DNA of 64,000 nucleotides from the NCBI GenBank assembly GCA_004356805.1, contig SMXW01000045.1:20216-84215 (forward strand), in the 5' to 3' direction. The position numbers and the translations under genes are program-made. The stretch comes from Acidobacteriota bacterium. Lineage in GTDB: Bacteria > Actinomycetota > Acidimicrobiia > Spongiisociales > ZC4RG35. The notes beneath the pieces are model-generated. The model was not told the DNA's origin and made no database searches. It was given only the letters and a program-made list of their open reading frames with translations. This document shows, piece after piece, positions 39,260 to 49,479 of this stretch; the stretch's first letter is position 1, and the number at the start of each line of letters is the position of its first letter.

Positions 39260-40255
39260 CTAGAGAATCACTTGGATCAACGGGTAGTAGATCGCAGCCG
39301 CAAGAACGACACCATCCAGAGCCGTCAGGACGCCGGGAGAGCGCTCGGTGAGCGTCACTCGTCCCGTCCGCAGCATCGAGGACAAACCGTGCCCAGCGAC
39401 CAACGCCACGGCAACACCGAGACCCACCAAGAGATAACCAGCGACATCAAGGTCCCAGAAGGCCGCGGCACCTACGGCCGCCAAAACTGCTGTGATGGCC
39501 GTCGTGGAAAACGGATCGAGGAATGGGATAGCCGGCATCCGGACCACCAGGGCACCAAGCAAGACGCCAACAACCACTGCAACAAGGAATACATCCACTG
39601 CACTGTCGTCAGGCGAGAAGCTTGATCGGGACAGGACCATCGACCCGGTCGCCAGACCTGCAAGCAGGCTGACAAGCAGTGTTGGGGCGTAGACATCGAC
39701 GGTGCGATAGTCGGCAAATACCACTGACCAGCCAAGCACAACCGCCACGGCAAACGCCACCGTGAGGCCATACCCGGCACCGCCAAGGATATGAGCCGAG
39801 AGAGCGCCCGCAGCCGCGGTGGTCGTAATGGCCAGAGGGGACAGCAGGCGACCTCGCGCGGCAAACGCTGCAGATAGATCGAGCGCCCATGCGGCGGCGA
39901 TCGCCACCAGCGCCGCCGCCCAGATCTCCTGGCTTTGGGTGTTGGCGAAAACGCCCACGATCAGAACGCTGAGCGGCAGATATACCAGCAGGTCGACGAG
40001 GGCGAGTGTTGCCGGTTGGCTGCCTCCAGAGACGGGAGGCAGTAGAACTACTTCGTCGGACTCGATCACGGAGTCCTCCAATGCTGCCTCCTCACCATTG
40101 AGCCACACCCGAGATGTCTCAACAACGCTCTCGAAATCGGGCCCGAACTTCTCATTGGCCCTGTCTATGACACCGCCAACGGTCGCCGCGGGGATGTCGA
40201 CCCGGGCGGTCCCGGCGATCTCGCGAAGGCTTGCGAACAGTCGAAGCTTGGCCAT
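39260..40255 (-). CDS. MoaD/ThiS-like beta-grasp domain (ending VSGG) fused in frame to an Ala/Leu-rich membrane domain of about 8 TM
   Basis: MAKLRLFASLREIAGTARVDIP...WLNGEEAALEDSVIESDEVVLLPPVSGG matches the MoaD pattern, including the terminal GG. The reading frame continues without a stop into SQPATLALVDLLVYLPLSV... The upstream 88 codons of the ORF call are Arg-rich and not coding. Confidence 0.55.
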   Translation of the reverse strand: MAKLRLFASLREIAGTARVDIPAATVGGVIDRANEKFGPDFESVVETSRVWLNGEEAALEDSVIESDEVVLLPPVSGGSQPATLALVDLLVYLPLSVLIVGVFANTQSQEIWAAALVAIAAAWALDLSAAFAARGRLLSPLAITTTAAAGALSAHILGGAGYGLTVAFAVAVVLGWSVVFADYRTVDVYAPTLLVSLLAGLATGSMVLSRSSFSPDDSAVDVFLVAVVVGVLLGALVVRMPAIPFLDPFSTTAITAVLAAVGAAAFWDLDVAGYLLVGLGVAVALVAGHGLSSMLRTGRVTLTERSPGVLTALDGVVLAAAIYYPLIQVIL

Positions 40256-40314
40256 ACGGGTCGAGCGTAAAGACTCGAGGGCCGTCCTTGCAGGGATTTG
40301 CCTACCCTCGCCCA

Positions 40315-40734
40315 ATGGACGAAGCACCATTTGTCGCCGTTGACGTCCCGCTTCTCGGCCACGAGCGTCACAAGAACTGGGCGAAAGTGGTTGACTCTGT
40401 CGACACCAACAAGTCTTCCGGGTGGGCCTACGACGGCGCATTCGTAAGTGTTGGAGGCATCCAGGATGTACCGGTCGGATCGGTCCTCCTCGTCTACGGG
40501 GAGAAGGGATCCAGGGCAAACCCTCAGATTCTCGCCCGTGTCTACACCGTCAACGCCGACTCCACCCTCACCCATGAAGCCGAGGCCAAGGGAAAGGCCT
40601 GGGCCAGGACCTTGCGCGACCCGATCGAGCGGTGCCTCGGAATGGAGCGCGACACGCCCGACTTGTCCTATTTGTCAGATGAGATGCTCGCGGACGAGAT
40701 GCGTGCCAGAGGATGGAAGGTGGAGCGGCCGTGA
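40315..40734 (+). CDS. hypothetical protein
   Basis: About 139 aa. Coding-like composition. No motif recognised. Start uncertain. Confidence 0.35.
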   Translation: MDEAPFVAVDVPLLGHERHKNWAKVVDSVDTNKSSGWAYDGAFVSVGGIQDVPVGSVLLVYGEKGSRANPQILARVYTVNADSTLTHEAEAKGKAWARTLRDPIERCLGMERDTPDLSYLSDEMLADEMRARGWKVERP

Positions 40735-41699
40735 AGGCGATCGTTGTAGATAGAGGCGGAGGCCCCGAGAAGTTGGTCCTCACCGATGTCCCGGACCCAA
40801 ATCCCGGAGTGGGAGAACTGGTTGTCGAAGTGGCCGCAGCCGGCCTCAACTTCATCGACACATACCACCGCGGTGGGCTCTACCCCATGGACTTCCCCTT
40901 CACTCCCGGTCTCGAAGGAGCGGGGGTGGTCGTCGAAGTCGGTGAATCGGCTGGTGGTTTCTCCATAGGCGATCGCGTCGGGTGGACCAATGTCATCGGC
41001 AGCTATGCGGAGAAAGTCGCGCTGCCCATGGACAAAGCCATTCCCATCCCGGAAGATGTCGACGAATCCACAACAGCGGCCATTCTTCTTCAAGGGATCA
41101 CCGCTCATTACCTGGCCACCGACACCTACCCACTCACCCCAGGTGATCGTTGTCTGATCCACGCCGGCGCAGGTGGTGTCGGTCTGCTCCTGACCCAAAT
41201 CGCCAAGTTGTATGGCGCCGAGGTGATCACGACGGTGGGGACTGACCAAAAGGCTCAGCTCAGCAAGGATGCGGGGGCCGACCATGTCGTGGTGTACACC
41301 CGCGAGAACTTCAAGGATGCGATAGAAACGGCTTACGGGCCCCACCCGCTCCACGTGGTCTACGACGGTGTCGGAGCGACCACCTTCGACGCCAGTCTCG
41401 ATCTCCTCCGTCCCAGGGGAATGATGATCACGTACGGCAATGCCTCCGGACCCGTGCCGGAAATATCGCCCCTGACCCTGGCGCAAAAGGGCTCACTGTT
41501 TCTCACCCGACCCACGATGACGAACCACCTACAGACGAGGGAAGAGTTGCTGAGCCGGGCAAACGCGCTCTTTGAGTGGATCGCCGGAAGGCAACTCGAG
41601 GTGCGGATCGGTGCTGAGTATCCACTCCGGCAGGCGTCTGAGGCCCATCGGGCCCTGGAGGGTCGTGAAACCACCGGCAAGGTGTTGATCAGGCCCTAG
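40713..41699 (+). CDS. qor: NADPH:quinone oxidoreductase (zinc-free MDR family)
   Basis: MDR fold with GAGGVGLLLTQIAK NAD(P)-binding motif. Possible GTG start at 40731 overlapping the upstream stop. Confidence 0.8.
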   Translation: MEGGAAVKAIVVDRGGGPEKLVLTDVPDPNPGVGELVVEVAAAGLNFIDTYHRGGLYPMDFPFTPGLEGAGVVVEVGESAGGFSIGDRVGWTNVIGSYAEKVALPMDKAIPIPEDVDESTTAAILLQGITAHYLATDTYPLTPGDRCLIHAGAGGVGLLLTQIAKLYGAEVITTVGTDQKAQLSKDAGADHVVVYTRENFKDAIETAYGPHPLHVVYDGVGATTFDASLDLLRPRGMMITYGNASGPVPEISPLTLAQKGSLFLTRPTMTNHLQTREELLSRANALFEWIAGRQLEVRIGAEYPLRQASEAHRALEGRETTGKVLIRP

Positions 41700-41971
41700 G
41701 TTCGAGAGAGTCGAACACACCGCGAATGATCCCACCATGGTTGGCAACATCGGACACCCCATTGAGGCCCACTCGAAAAGGCTGAGCACGCCCGGCTCAG
41801 CCCAGCTTTGGCTCGACCTCTCGGAGAGAGCAGACAGGACGGCCGCACAGCTGAGATCGGACGCCAGATAGGTCCCGGCCCTCACCCCAACCGTTGCTCA
41901 GCCGGCCAAACCGCACCCGCTCCTCCAAGTTGTCTCTTATGCTCGCCTGGTCGGCGAGTAGGGGCCCGGTA

Positions 41972-43372
41972 ATGGATGGTCGTCGGATAGTCATGACGTT
42001 GGCGTTTTATCCACGGGGTGGATCGGCGCAGGTGGTGCGTTATCTGGGCGGAGCTCTGGAGACACTGGGGCGGACGGTAACGGTGTGTTGTGGGTCGCTG
42101 GGGCCACCGGGATCTTCCGCTCATGCGGCGACGTTCTTCGCGGGCCTCGACGTGCAGGCACTTGACTTCACCGAAGCGGCGGCATGGTTCGATCAGGGAC
42201 GGGACCCGATGGCCGCACCGGTGCCCTTCCCCCCGTCGTTTGAGGATCGACCCGACGTGCCCGACCGGGTGTTCGCCTCCTTGGACGATGACGTCTACCG
42301 GCGTCAGGTAGCGGTATGGCAGTCCCTGCTCGAACGGGTGGGGTTACCGGACCTGTATCACATAAATCATCTGACTCACGTCAACGATGCGGTGTCGGCT
42401 GTTGGTGCTCGGCCCACTGTTGTCCACCTGCATGGCACTGAGCTGAAGATGCTCGCCAAGATCCGTCTCGGCGGTGGGGAGCGATGGAAGCATGCGGCCG
42501 AGTGGGATCAGCGTCTGGTGAGGGCCGGCCGTCGGGCCGATCGTCTCGTTGTCATCTCACCGACAGACCGGCAGCTGACAATCGACCTGTTGGGGGTGGC
42601 CCCTTCGCTCATCGAAGTGGTGCCGAACGGGGTTGATGTCACCAGGTTCGCACCCGTCCACTTGACGAGAAGCGAACGGTTGGTCCAGTGGCGTCAGTGG
42701 CTGGTGGACGAGCCGCGAGGGTGGGATGAAAACGGCCAGCCGGGCACGATCCGCTACTCGGACAACGAATTAGAGCGTCACTTCTTGGACCCGAAGACGG
42801 GCGAGCTGCTCCCGGTGCTGCTGTTCGTCGGCCGCTTCCTGAATTTCAAACGGGTCCCATTGCTCGTCCGCGCCTACGCCGCAGTGCGGGAGGCGCTGGG
42901 ACCTTGCCCGCCTCCGTTGGTGATCTGGGGAGGCTATCCCGGCGAGTGGGAAGGCGAACATCCCCACACGGTGGCTACCACGATGGGAGTCGACGGTGTC
43001 TTCTTCGTCGGCTGGCGGGGACATGAGGATCTCGCTGTCGGGTTCAACTGTGCCGACATATTCGTGGCACCTTCGGTCGATGAGCCGTTTGGCCAGGTCT
43101 ACCTGGAGGCCATGGCATGTGAGCTCCCGGTAATCGCCACCGACTCGGGAGGTCCCCAATCGTTCGTCAACACCGACCCGGCTCGGCCGAACGGCTGGCG
43201 GGTCTCACCAGACAACGAAACCGAACTTGCCGACGCCATCGTCGAGGCGGCGTCCAGCGAGTCCACTCGACTTGAGCGAGGGCGCAACGCCCGACAGCTG
43301 ATCGAAAGCCAATACGACTGGCGGCACATCGCCCGGCAAATCGACCGAATCCATGACGACCTACTCACCTAG
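41972..43372 (+). CDS. glycosyltransferase family 4 (GT-B fold, retaining)
   Basis: C-terminal FVAPSVDEPFGQVYLEAMACELPVIATDSGG E-x7-E motif. Start set at MDGRRIVMTLAFYP. Confidence 0.7.
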   Translation: MDGRRIVMTLAFYPRGGSAQVVRYLGGALETLGRTVTVCCGSLGPPGSSAHAATFFAGLDVQALDFTEAAAWFDQGRDPMAAPVPFPPSFEDRPDVPDRVFASLDDDVYRRQVAVWQSLLERVGLPDLYHINHLTHVNDAVSAVGARPTVVHLHGTELKMLAKIRLGGGERWKHAAEWDQRLVRAGRRADRLVVISPTDRQLTIDLLGVAPSLIEVVPNGVDVTRFAPVHLTRSERLVQWRQWLVDEPRGWDENGQPGTIRYSDNELERHFLDPKTGELLPVLLFVGRFLNFKRVPLLVRAYAAVREALGPCPPPLVIWGGYPGEWEGEHPHTVATTMGVDGVFFVGWRGHEDLAVGFNCADIFVAPSVDEPFGQVYLEAMACELPVIATDSGGPQSFVNTDPARPNGWRVSPDNETELADAIVEAASSESTRLERGRNARQLIESQYDWRHIARQIDRIHDDLLT

Positions 43373-43473
43373 TCCTTTCCATGGCGGGCCGGTCCGATGC
43401 GTCCGCTGACGTTCTGGGCTGCTGCTGATTGTGCCGATCCTGGGGTTGCGGTGCTGGAGACCTCGTCCCCCAA

Positions 43474-44493
43474 CTACCCGAGTCCGGGGGCACCGGCATA
43501 CGCGGAAAGGACGGGTTGGCCTCCGAGGTGGACATAGAGGACCCTGGACCCGGGCGGGATCTCGCCGGACCGAATCATGCCGATGAGTCCGGCCATCGAT
43601 TTCCCTTCATAGACGGGGTCAGTGAGCATGCCCTCAGTTCGGGCTGCCAGGTGGATGGCGTCGATGGTTTGCTGGTCCGGTACTCCGTAGGCGGGGCCTT
43701 GGTACCCCGCTACCACAATGATCTCGTCATCTCGAAGCTCCCGGTCGACACTGATCATCTTGGCGGTGTTGTTGGCGATACGGGTGACCTGATCGGTGGT
43801 CTGGCTCAGTGTCGCTGAGGCGTCGATGCCGATGACTCGGCGATCGTTGCGATCCTCGAGCGCGAAGCCGGCGATCATGCCGGCGTGAGTCGACCCGGTC
43901 ACGGTGCACACGATGATGTGATCGAAGAAGACGTCGTGTTCGATTTCCTGAGCGGCAACCTCGAGTGTCCAGTTGGCGAAGCCGAGACCACCAAGTGGGT
44001 GATCGGATGCTCCGGCAGGTATCGAGTAAGGCGTGCCCCCGGCGGCTTCGACCGACTCGATGGCGCTTTTCCAGCTGTCGCGGATGCCGATATCGAAGCC
44101 TGCGGGGTCTATGCGGATGTCGCCACCCATGATGCGGGTGAGTTGGATGTTGCCGACTTTGCCGTAGGCCATGTCGGGCCAGTCGACCCAGCCTTCCTGC
44201 ACCGTGACGGCCTTCATGCCGAGGTGGCAGGCGACTCCGGTCACCTGTCGGGTGTGGTTCGACTGGATTCCGCCTATCGACACCAGTGTGTCGCAGCCCT
44301 GGGCAAGGGCTTCTGCGACGAGGTATTCGAGCTTTCGGACCTTGTTCCCACCGAAGGCGATGCCGGAATTGCAGTCCTCGCGTTTGGCCCAGATCTCGAC
44401 CTTTCCACCGAGGGCTTCACTCAGACGTGGGAGAGGGTGTGTGGGCGAGGGCCCGAAAAGAAGGGGAATGCGTGGAAAATCGTCGAGGCTCAT
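43474..44493 (-). CDS. acdS: 1-aminocyclopropane-1-carboxylate deaminase
   Basis: Near-collinear similarity to Pseudomonas ACC deaminase, including the PLP lysine region ([21 protein letters not shown]). The diagnostic Glu in YEGKS and the Leu in LYVHLGG distinguish ACC deaminase from D-cysteine desulfhydrase. Confidence 0.85.
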   Translation of the reverse strand: MSLDDFPRIPLLFGPSPTHPLPRLSEALGGKVEIWAKREDCNSGIAFGGNKVRKLEYLVAEALAQGCDTLVSIGGIQSNHTRQVTGVACHLGMKAVTVQEGWVDWPDMAYGKVGNIQLTRIMGGDIRIDPAGFDIGIRDSWKSAIESVEAAGGTPYSIPAGASDHPLGGLGFANWTLEVAAQEIEHDVFFDHIIVCTVTGSTHAGMIAGFALEDRNDRRVIGIDASATLSQTTDQVTRIANNTAKMISVDRELRDDEIIVVAGYQGPAYGVPDQQTIDAIHLAARTEGMLTDPVYEGKSMAGLIGMIRSGEIPPGSRVLYVHLGGQPVLSAYAGAPGLG

Positions 44494-44616
44494 TTTGGAT
44501 CCCGTCGCAGAATCGGTGGTTATCCGAATCCAATCACCCGACGCCGACCCTAGGCCACTGATCCATGGAGCGCCAGCCGGGCATCGCCGGCGTACCCCTC
44601 CCCCTGTCGGTCACCA

Positions 44617-45477
44617 TTACGGGTTGCGAGCCGAGGTTTCCGTGATGAACTCCACTATTTCTCGCGCTGACTGCCTGATCTCCTCGCCAAAGAGGAAGGT
44701 GAGGTGGTTGCCATCGATCTCGACCAGTCTTCCATCACTGAGACCAGCAATCATCCTCCGAGCCTGATCGGCCGCGAGAAGCGGCGGGGATCCCGGGGGC
44801 CCAAAGGGGCGAGTTGCTCGAATCACAAGCACCGGAACCTCGATGCGCTCCAGGTACTCGATCCAGGGGACACCGATTATCCCTGTGACGGCTTCCTCGA
44901 TGTGATTGGGATTGGATCTGGACTGGACCGTCCCGTCGTCGTTCTCTCTCACGTCCGCCCGGTAGTAACTCTCAATCTCCGGATTCCACCAATCCTCGAA
45001 GTAAGGCTGTTGTTTTACGGTATCGATGTAGTCCTCCCACGATGGGAGGACCCGACCGAGTCTCTCCATCGATGGCCTGATCTGTTCCAGGATCGCCTCG
45101 TCGACTTCGATCGGCGCATCCATGATGACGCAACGCCTGACTCGCTCAGGATGATGAGCGGCGATGTGATAGGTGAGAAGCCCTCCAAAAGAGTGGCCAC
45201 CGATGAACGCCCGGTCGAGCCCGAGATGATCGAGAAGTCCGAGAATGTCGGCGGCGTGGTCTTCCATTGCGTAACCAGTATCCGGCTTGTCACTCAACCC
45301 ACGTCCTCGCAAATCCACCGCGATGAGCCGGACCTCCAAACCGAGTGCCTTCGCCAGACCATCGAAGCTGTGGGCGTTGGCGGTCAACCCGTGGGTCATG
45401 ACGAGAATCGGGCCGTTGCCGCCATGATCGATGTAGTGCAGCCTGATTCCGTTGGTGTCGATGAATTCACTAATCAT
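44617..45477 (-). CDS. alpha/beta-fold hydrolase
   Basis: GHSFGG nucleophile elbow. HGLTAN oxyanion region. 286 aa. Confidence 0.75.
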   Translation of the reverse strand: MISEFIDTNGIRLHYIDHGGNGPILVMTHGLTANAHSFDGLAKALGLEVRLIAVDLRGRGLSDKPDTGYAMEDHAADILGLLDHLGLDRAFIGGHSFGGLLTYHIAAHHPERVRRCVIMDAPIEVDEAILEQIRPSMERLGRVLPSWEDYIDTVKQQPYFEDWWNPEIESYYRADVRENDDGTVQSRSNPNHIEEAVTGIIGVPWIEYLERIEVPVLVIRATRPFGPPGSPPLLAADQARRMIAGLSDGRLVEIDGNHLTFLFGEEIRQSAREIVEFITETSARNP

Positions 45478-45591
45478 GTCTGCTCCTCGGGTGACAACCT
45501 AAGACATATCGACCTCCCAGAGCCTGGGGCACCCCGGGCTCTCTTGAAGGACTCGAGAGAAAAACTCAATCCCATCTCGCCAGCCTGACCC

Positions 45592-46026
45592 TCAACGACC
45601 CACCAGATCTACGGCATCAGCCACCACTCCCGGTGACTGGAGATGGGCCTTCCAGACATCGACCTCCGAAACCGTGATGTCCGGTAGCTGTTGTCTCACT
45701 CTTTCCACCGAGTCGAAGGGCACATTGCCATCTCGACTCCAGACGCAAACCACGGGCACGCTCATACCCGACAGATCTGACGGCACCAACGAGGAGGGCT
45801 GCGTGCGCAGGAACGATCTGATCGAATCAGTCGACCCCCTGATGGCTATCTCACGCGCTGTGATTTGATTCTGATTGGGGCACCAGCCACCGTCGGCGCA
45901 GTTCGGCGTCCAGATGTCCGTTGCGAACCTGCCACCAGTCTCGAACGTAAGGGTCCACCGCCCGACCCACCCAGGCCAAGCGTTCGATCGTCGGGCGACT
46001 TCGAGTCGAGGGTTCTTGAAGACCGC
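45592..46026 (-). pseudogene. 3' fragment of an alpha/beta hydrolase gene lacking a start and the nucleophile elbow
   Basis: A continuous frame directly follows the lutC TGA and encodes ...SMSVPVVCVWSRDGNVPFDSVERVRQQLPDITVSEVDVWKAHLQSP (hydrolase C-terminal region). No ATG/GTG/TTG until the last 65 codons. Confidence 0.3.
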
Positions 46027-46680
46027 TCATTTGATCAACACGATGTGAACATGTTTGGGTCCGTGAACTCCAAGGGTGAGTTGCTGCTCTATGTCGCCGG
46101 TGCGACTGGGCCCGGTAATCACCACCAGATTTGCGGTGTTTGCAACGCTTTCCGGGAATTTGTGGGCCCAATGGACCAGGGTTCGCTCCATCAAAATCAG
46201 ATCCAGGAGGGCCACATGGACCTCGGGCACGAGGCTGGCCATTCTCGGTCTTCCCGGTCGATGTTCGAGCACGACACTGCCACTCTCGGCGAGACCGGCT
46301 GTGGCTCCGGTGACGCCCAGATCCAGGTCGCGATACCCCAACTGATGCTCCATCCTGGTCTCGACAGGCACCTCCCCTTCCACCCTTGTCAGACCCGCCG
46401 CGGTGAGAGCCGAAGCCACACCGGAGGCAGGAAGATCCTCCCATGCCATGAAGGATCTGCATTGATGCCCTGCGGCGATCCCGGCCACAGCTCTAGGCAC
46501 CCCGTGTCGTCCGACCGGCCCATGAACCACGGCGTCCACGTCCTGGGCCCGTTCCCGGAACAGTGTCTGAAGATCTTCATCTTCCAAGTCGGGCAAGCGG
46601 TCGGGGATACCCAACACCTCCGGCAGGACGGCGGTCATAGCCGACCGTCCGACTCTGGCGAGAAAGACATCACGATCCAC
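46027..46680 (-). CDS. lutC: lactate utilization protein C (LUD domain, YkgG-like)
   Basis: LUD-domain pattern. Follows lutB. Start approximate (GTG 46680 or ATG 46638). Confidence 0.65.
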   Translation of the reverse strand: MDRDVFLARVGRSAMTAVLPEVLGIPDRLPDLEDEDLQTLFRERAQDVDAVVHGPVGRHGVPRAVAGIAAGHQCRSFMAWEDLPASGVASALTAAGLTRVEGEVPVETRMEHQLGYRDLDLGVTGATAGLAESGSVVLEHRPGRPRMASLVPEVHVALLDLILMERTLVHWAHKFPESVANTANLVVITGPSRTGDIEQQLTLGVHGPKHVHIVLIK

Positions 46681-48070
46681 GGTTGGTCCTCCACCATTCA
46701 GCGAACGACTCCGAGGCGGGACGTGGCAAGTCACGAAATTTCGTCCACCCTCTCCCCGGACCTGGGATCCGGCGCAGCCAGCCACCTGACGCCAAGGGGG
46801 CGCTCAGACGCGAAGCCCACTTCGTCGCCCTCCGCCATTTCTGAGGGTCCGTCGTCGTTCGGGCGTATCGGCTCATGCCTTTGTTGAGCCAACCCGGCAG
46901 TCTGCCCTCAGAAGCGGCACGTTCCCTCAGCTGGAGAAGCATCGAAGGGATTTGGATACGTATCGGGCACACTTCCTCACAGGCTCCGCACATGGTTGAT
47001 GCGTAAGGCAACTCCCACCAGGGTTCCATTCCGTGCAAGCCGGGAGTGACAATCGAACCGACTGGTCCCGAGTACACGGTGCCGTAGGCGTGACCTCCGA
47101 CGGTCTGAAAGATGGGGCAGACATTGAGACAGGCGCCACATCGGATACAGGCCAGGATCTCCGCGGTGGGACCGCCCAAGATCTCTGAGCGACCGTTGTC
47201 TATGACGACGACGTGTGACTCTTCGGGGCCGTCGGGATCGCCCTCCCTCCTCGGGCCGGTGATGACGCTGGTGTAAACGGAAAGCCTCTGCCCGGTGGCA
47301 GAGCGGGCTAGAACCTCCAGCACAACGGTGGCGTCCTCCCAGCTCGAGACGATCCTCTCCATGCCCATCAGAGCGATGTGAACTCTCGGAGCCGTCGTGG
47401 TCAGCCGGCCGTTTCCCTCGTTGGTGACCAGGACGACCGACCCTGTCTCGGCGATGGCCATGTTCACGCCGGAGATACCCGCGTCCGCACTGAGAAAGAT
47501 CTCCCTGAGATGGGCTCTGGCGATCTCGTTGAGCTCTGTCGGATCGTCGGTGTACTCGACACTCAGCTTCTCGGAGAACAGTTCACCGATGTCCTGGCGG
47601 GTCATGTGGAGTACGGGAGCGATGATGTGACTGGGCGTGTCGCCGGCAAGTTGCACGATGAACTCCCCGAGATCGGTCTCGACCACCTCCAGACCGACGC
47701 CTTCGAGGTGGTGGTTGAGCTCGATCTCCTCGGAGACCATCGACTTCGACTTCACCACGAGACTGGAGTCCGACTGTTGGAGGATTTCGGCCACGATCCG
47801 ATTCGCCTCGTCGGCATCGGCTGCGAAGTGCACTGTGCCGCCAAGAGCGGTGACCTGATCTGCGAATTGACCTAGAAGCCGGTCGAGATGACTGAGGGAG
47901 TGAAGACGGATCGCCCGCGCCCTATCGCGCAATTCCTCCATGATGGGGAACTCGGCCACGACGCGATCTCTTGCGTCATTGAAGTGCCGTATCCCCTTGA
48001 CGACCGCAGCGGCCTCTTTACTGCCGAGGAGGGCGTCGGCGCGAGTGACGAAGCTGACCGGCTGGCTCAT
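46670..48070 (-). CDS. lutB: lactate utilization protein B (4Fe-4S ferredoxin-type, YkgF-like)
   Basis: CIRCGACLNVCP and CGACEEVCP motifs plus the DUF3390-like C-terminus. Confidence 0.85.
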   Translation of the reverse strand: MSQPVSFVTRADALLGSKEAAAVVKGIRHFNDARDRVVAEFPIMEELRDRARAIRLHSLSHLDRLLGQFADQVTALGGTVHFAADADEANRIVAEILQQSDSSLVVKSKSMVSEEIELNHHLEGVGLEVVETDLGEFIVQLAGDTPSHIIAPVLHMTRQDIGELFSEKLSVEYTDDPTELNEIARAHLREIFLSADAGISGVNMAIAETGSVVLVTNEGNGRLTTTAPRVHIALMGMERIVSSWEDATVVLEVLARSATGQRLSVYTSVITGPRREGDPDGPEESHVVVIDNGRSEILGGPTAEILACIRCGACLNVCPIFQTVGGHAYGTVYSGPVGSIVTPGLHGMEPWWELPYASTMCGACEEVCPIRIQIPSMLLQLRERAASEGRLPGWLNKGMSRYARTTTDPQKWRRATKWASRLSAPLASGGWLRRIPGPGRGWTKFRDLPRPASESFAEWWRTNRGS

Positions 48071-48792
48071 ATGTCACTGCCTGCCAATAGCTCAGCAATA
48101 TGCTTGACCACCACTTTGGATCCTCTACGTCGAAGACCTCCCTCCAGGTGCATCAGACATGAGACATCGCCCGCCACGAGTGTGTCGGCGCCGGACGCCT
48201 CAACCCGATCGAGCTTCTCATCCATGATTGCAGCGGAGATGGCCGGCATCTCGATCGAGAAGAGACCCCCAAAACCACAGCATTCCTTGTCACCGTCGAG
48301 GTTCACACGGTCGACCCCCTCCAGCAATCGGTCAGCCTGGGCTTCCAACCCGAGCCCTCGCAGACCATGACATGAGTAGTGATAGGCGACCGAACATCCG
48401 TCACATGAGGCGGATGCGTCAACACCGAGATCGTCAATGAGAAACTGAGTGAGTTCGCGGGTCCGACCCGCCACCCGGTCTGCCTGATCGGCTCGATCGG
48501 TTCCTTCGAAAAGCTCGATGTAGTGGTGGGCAATCATCTGGGTACACGATCCGGACGGGACCACGATCGGACCCTCCGTGACGTCGAGGACATCAAGGGT
48601 GTGAGCAGCCATTTCTCGCGCCTGATCGGTGAGACCGACATTGAAAGCAGGCTGTCCGCAGCAGGTTTGACCCTCGGGAAAGTCCACCCGGCAACCCGAA
48701 TTCTCGAGAACCGCCAGGGTGGCACGACCCACCTGGGGTGCTAATACATCAACCAGGCAGGTGACAACAAGCTGGACTTGCGGCCATTCCAT
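48067..48792 (-). CDS. lutA: lactate utilization protein A (CCG-domain Fe-S oxidoreductase, YkgE-like)
   Basis: Two cysteine-rich CCG domains (CCGQPAF...; CCGFGG). Confidence 0.8.
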   Translation of the reverse strand: MEWPQVQLVVTCLVDVLAPQVGRATLAVLENSGCRVDFPEGQTCCGQPAFNVGLTDQAREMAAHTLDVLDVTEGPIVVPSGSCTQMIAHHYIELFEGTDRADQADRVAGRTRELTQFLIDDLGVDASASCDGCSVAYHYSCHGLRGLGLEAQADRLLEGVDRVNLDGDKECCGFGGLFSIEMPAISAAIMDEKLDRVEASGADTLVAGDVSCLMHLEGGLRRRGSKVVVKHIAELLAGSDI

Positions 48793-48804
48793 AGGGCATG
48801 CACG

Positions 48805-49479
48805 TTACGCCTTGCGCTCGTTCACGGCCTTCAATGCCTCCAGATACCGCTCCACCATCGCCACATAGGCCTTGGTCCCATCCTTGAAGTCGTCACTGAT
48901 GTCCCGATATCGGCGCCGCAATGCGAGGGCGGCGAACTTGGCCCCGCTGAGGTAGTACTCGAGGCCCGCGCCCGGGATCGCCGTCTTCCCCGGCTCGACC
49001 GGGCCATGCTCAACCGCCAGCTGCGAGGTCGGATCGAGACCCAAGGCCCCGAGCTCTTCGAGAACCAGATCCTCATCGGGTCTGTCGGCGTAGTCCTTGC
49101 CGACAAACCGGAACACAATCTCCCCGTCGGGCGAGATGATCACGACACCCGGCCGCGATATCAGTCTCGGATCGTTCTCGTCGGCGAACCTCAGCGGAGT
49201 TATTGCCTGATCCCTTTCAACATCGGAAAGGATCGGGAAAGGGAGGGCCAGCTTTTCCATCACAGCAGCGTTCTGACCGGGCGAGTCGGCGCTCAGTCCG
49301 AACACTCTGGCGCCTCGCTCCAGAAATTCACCCTGTCGCTGGGCCATGACGGCCAACTGGCCGTGGCAGTACGTTCAGAAGTCGCCCCGGTGAAAGGTGA
49401 TCACGGCCGCGGCGTCGAGATGATCGGACAGCGTCCACGGTTTGCCGGCGGCGTCCAAGACTGTGAAGTCGATTGCCAA
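48805..49479 (-). CDS. candidate selenoprotein: redoxin-like thioredoxin-fold protein (AhpC/TSA_2 / PRXL2-SelU-like) with in-frame UGA in a UxxC motif
   Basis: The 183-aa annotated ORF (GEFLERGARVFGLSADSP...) lacks the redox-active N-terminus. Reading through the in-frame TGA at 49377..49375 gives ...TLSDHLDAAAVITFHRGDF-U-TYCHGQLAVMAQRQGEF..., placing the TGA at the first Cys of the FxRxxGCxxC redox motif. A stem-loop (ACGGCC-AGUU-GGCCGU, extendable) starts 3 nt after the UGA, at the SECIS position. The start codon (TTG 49479) is tentative. Confidence 0.5.
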
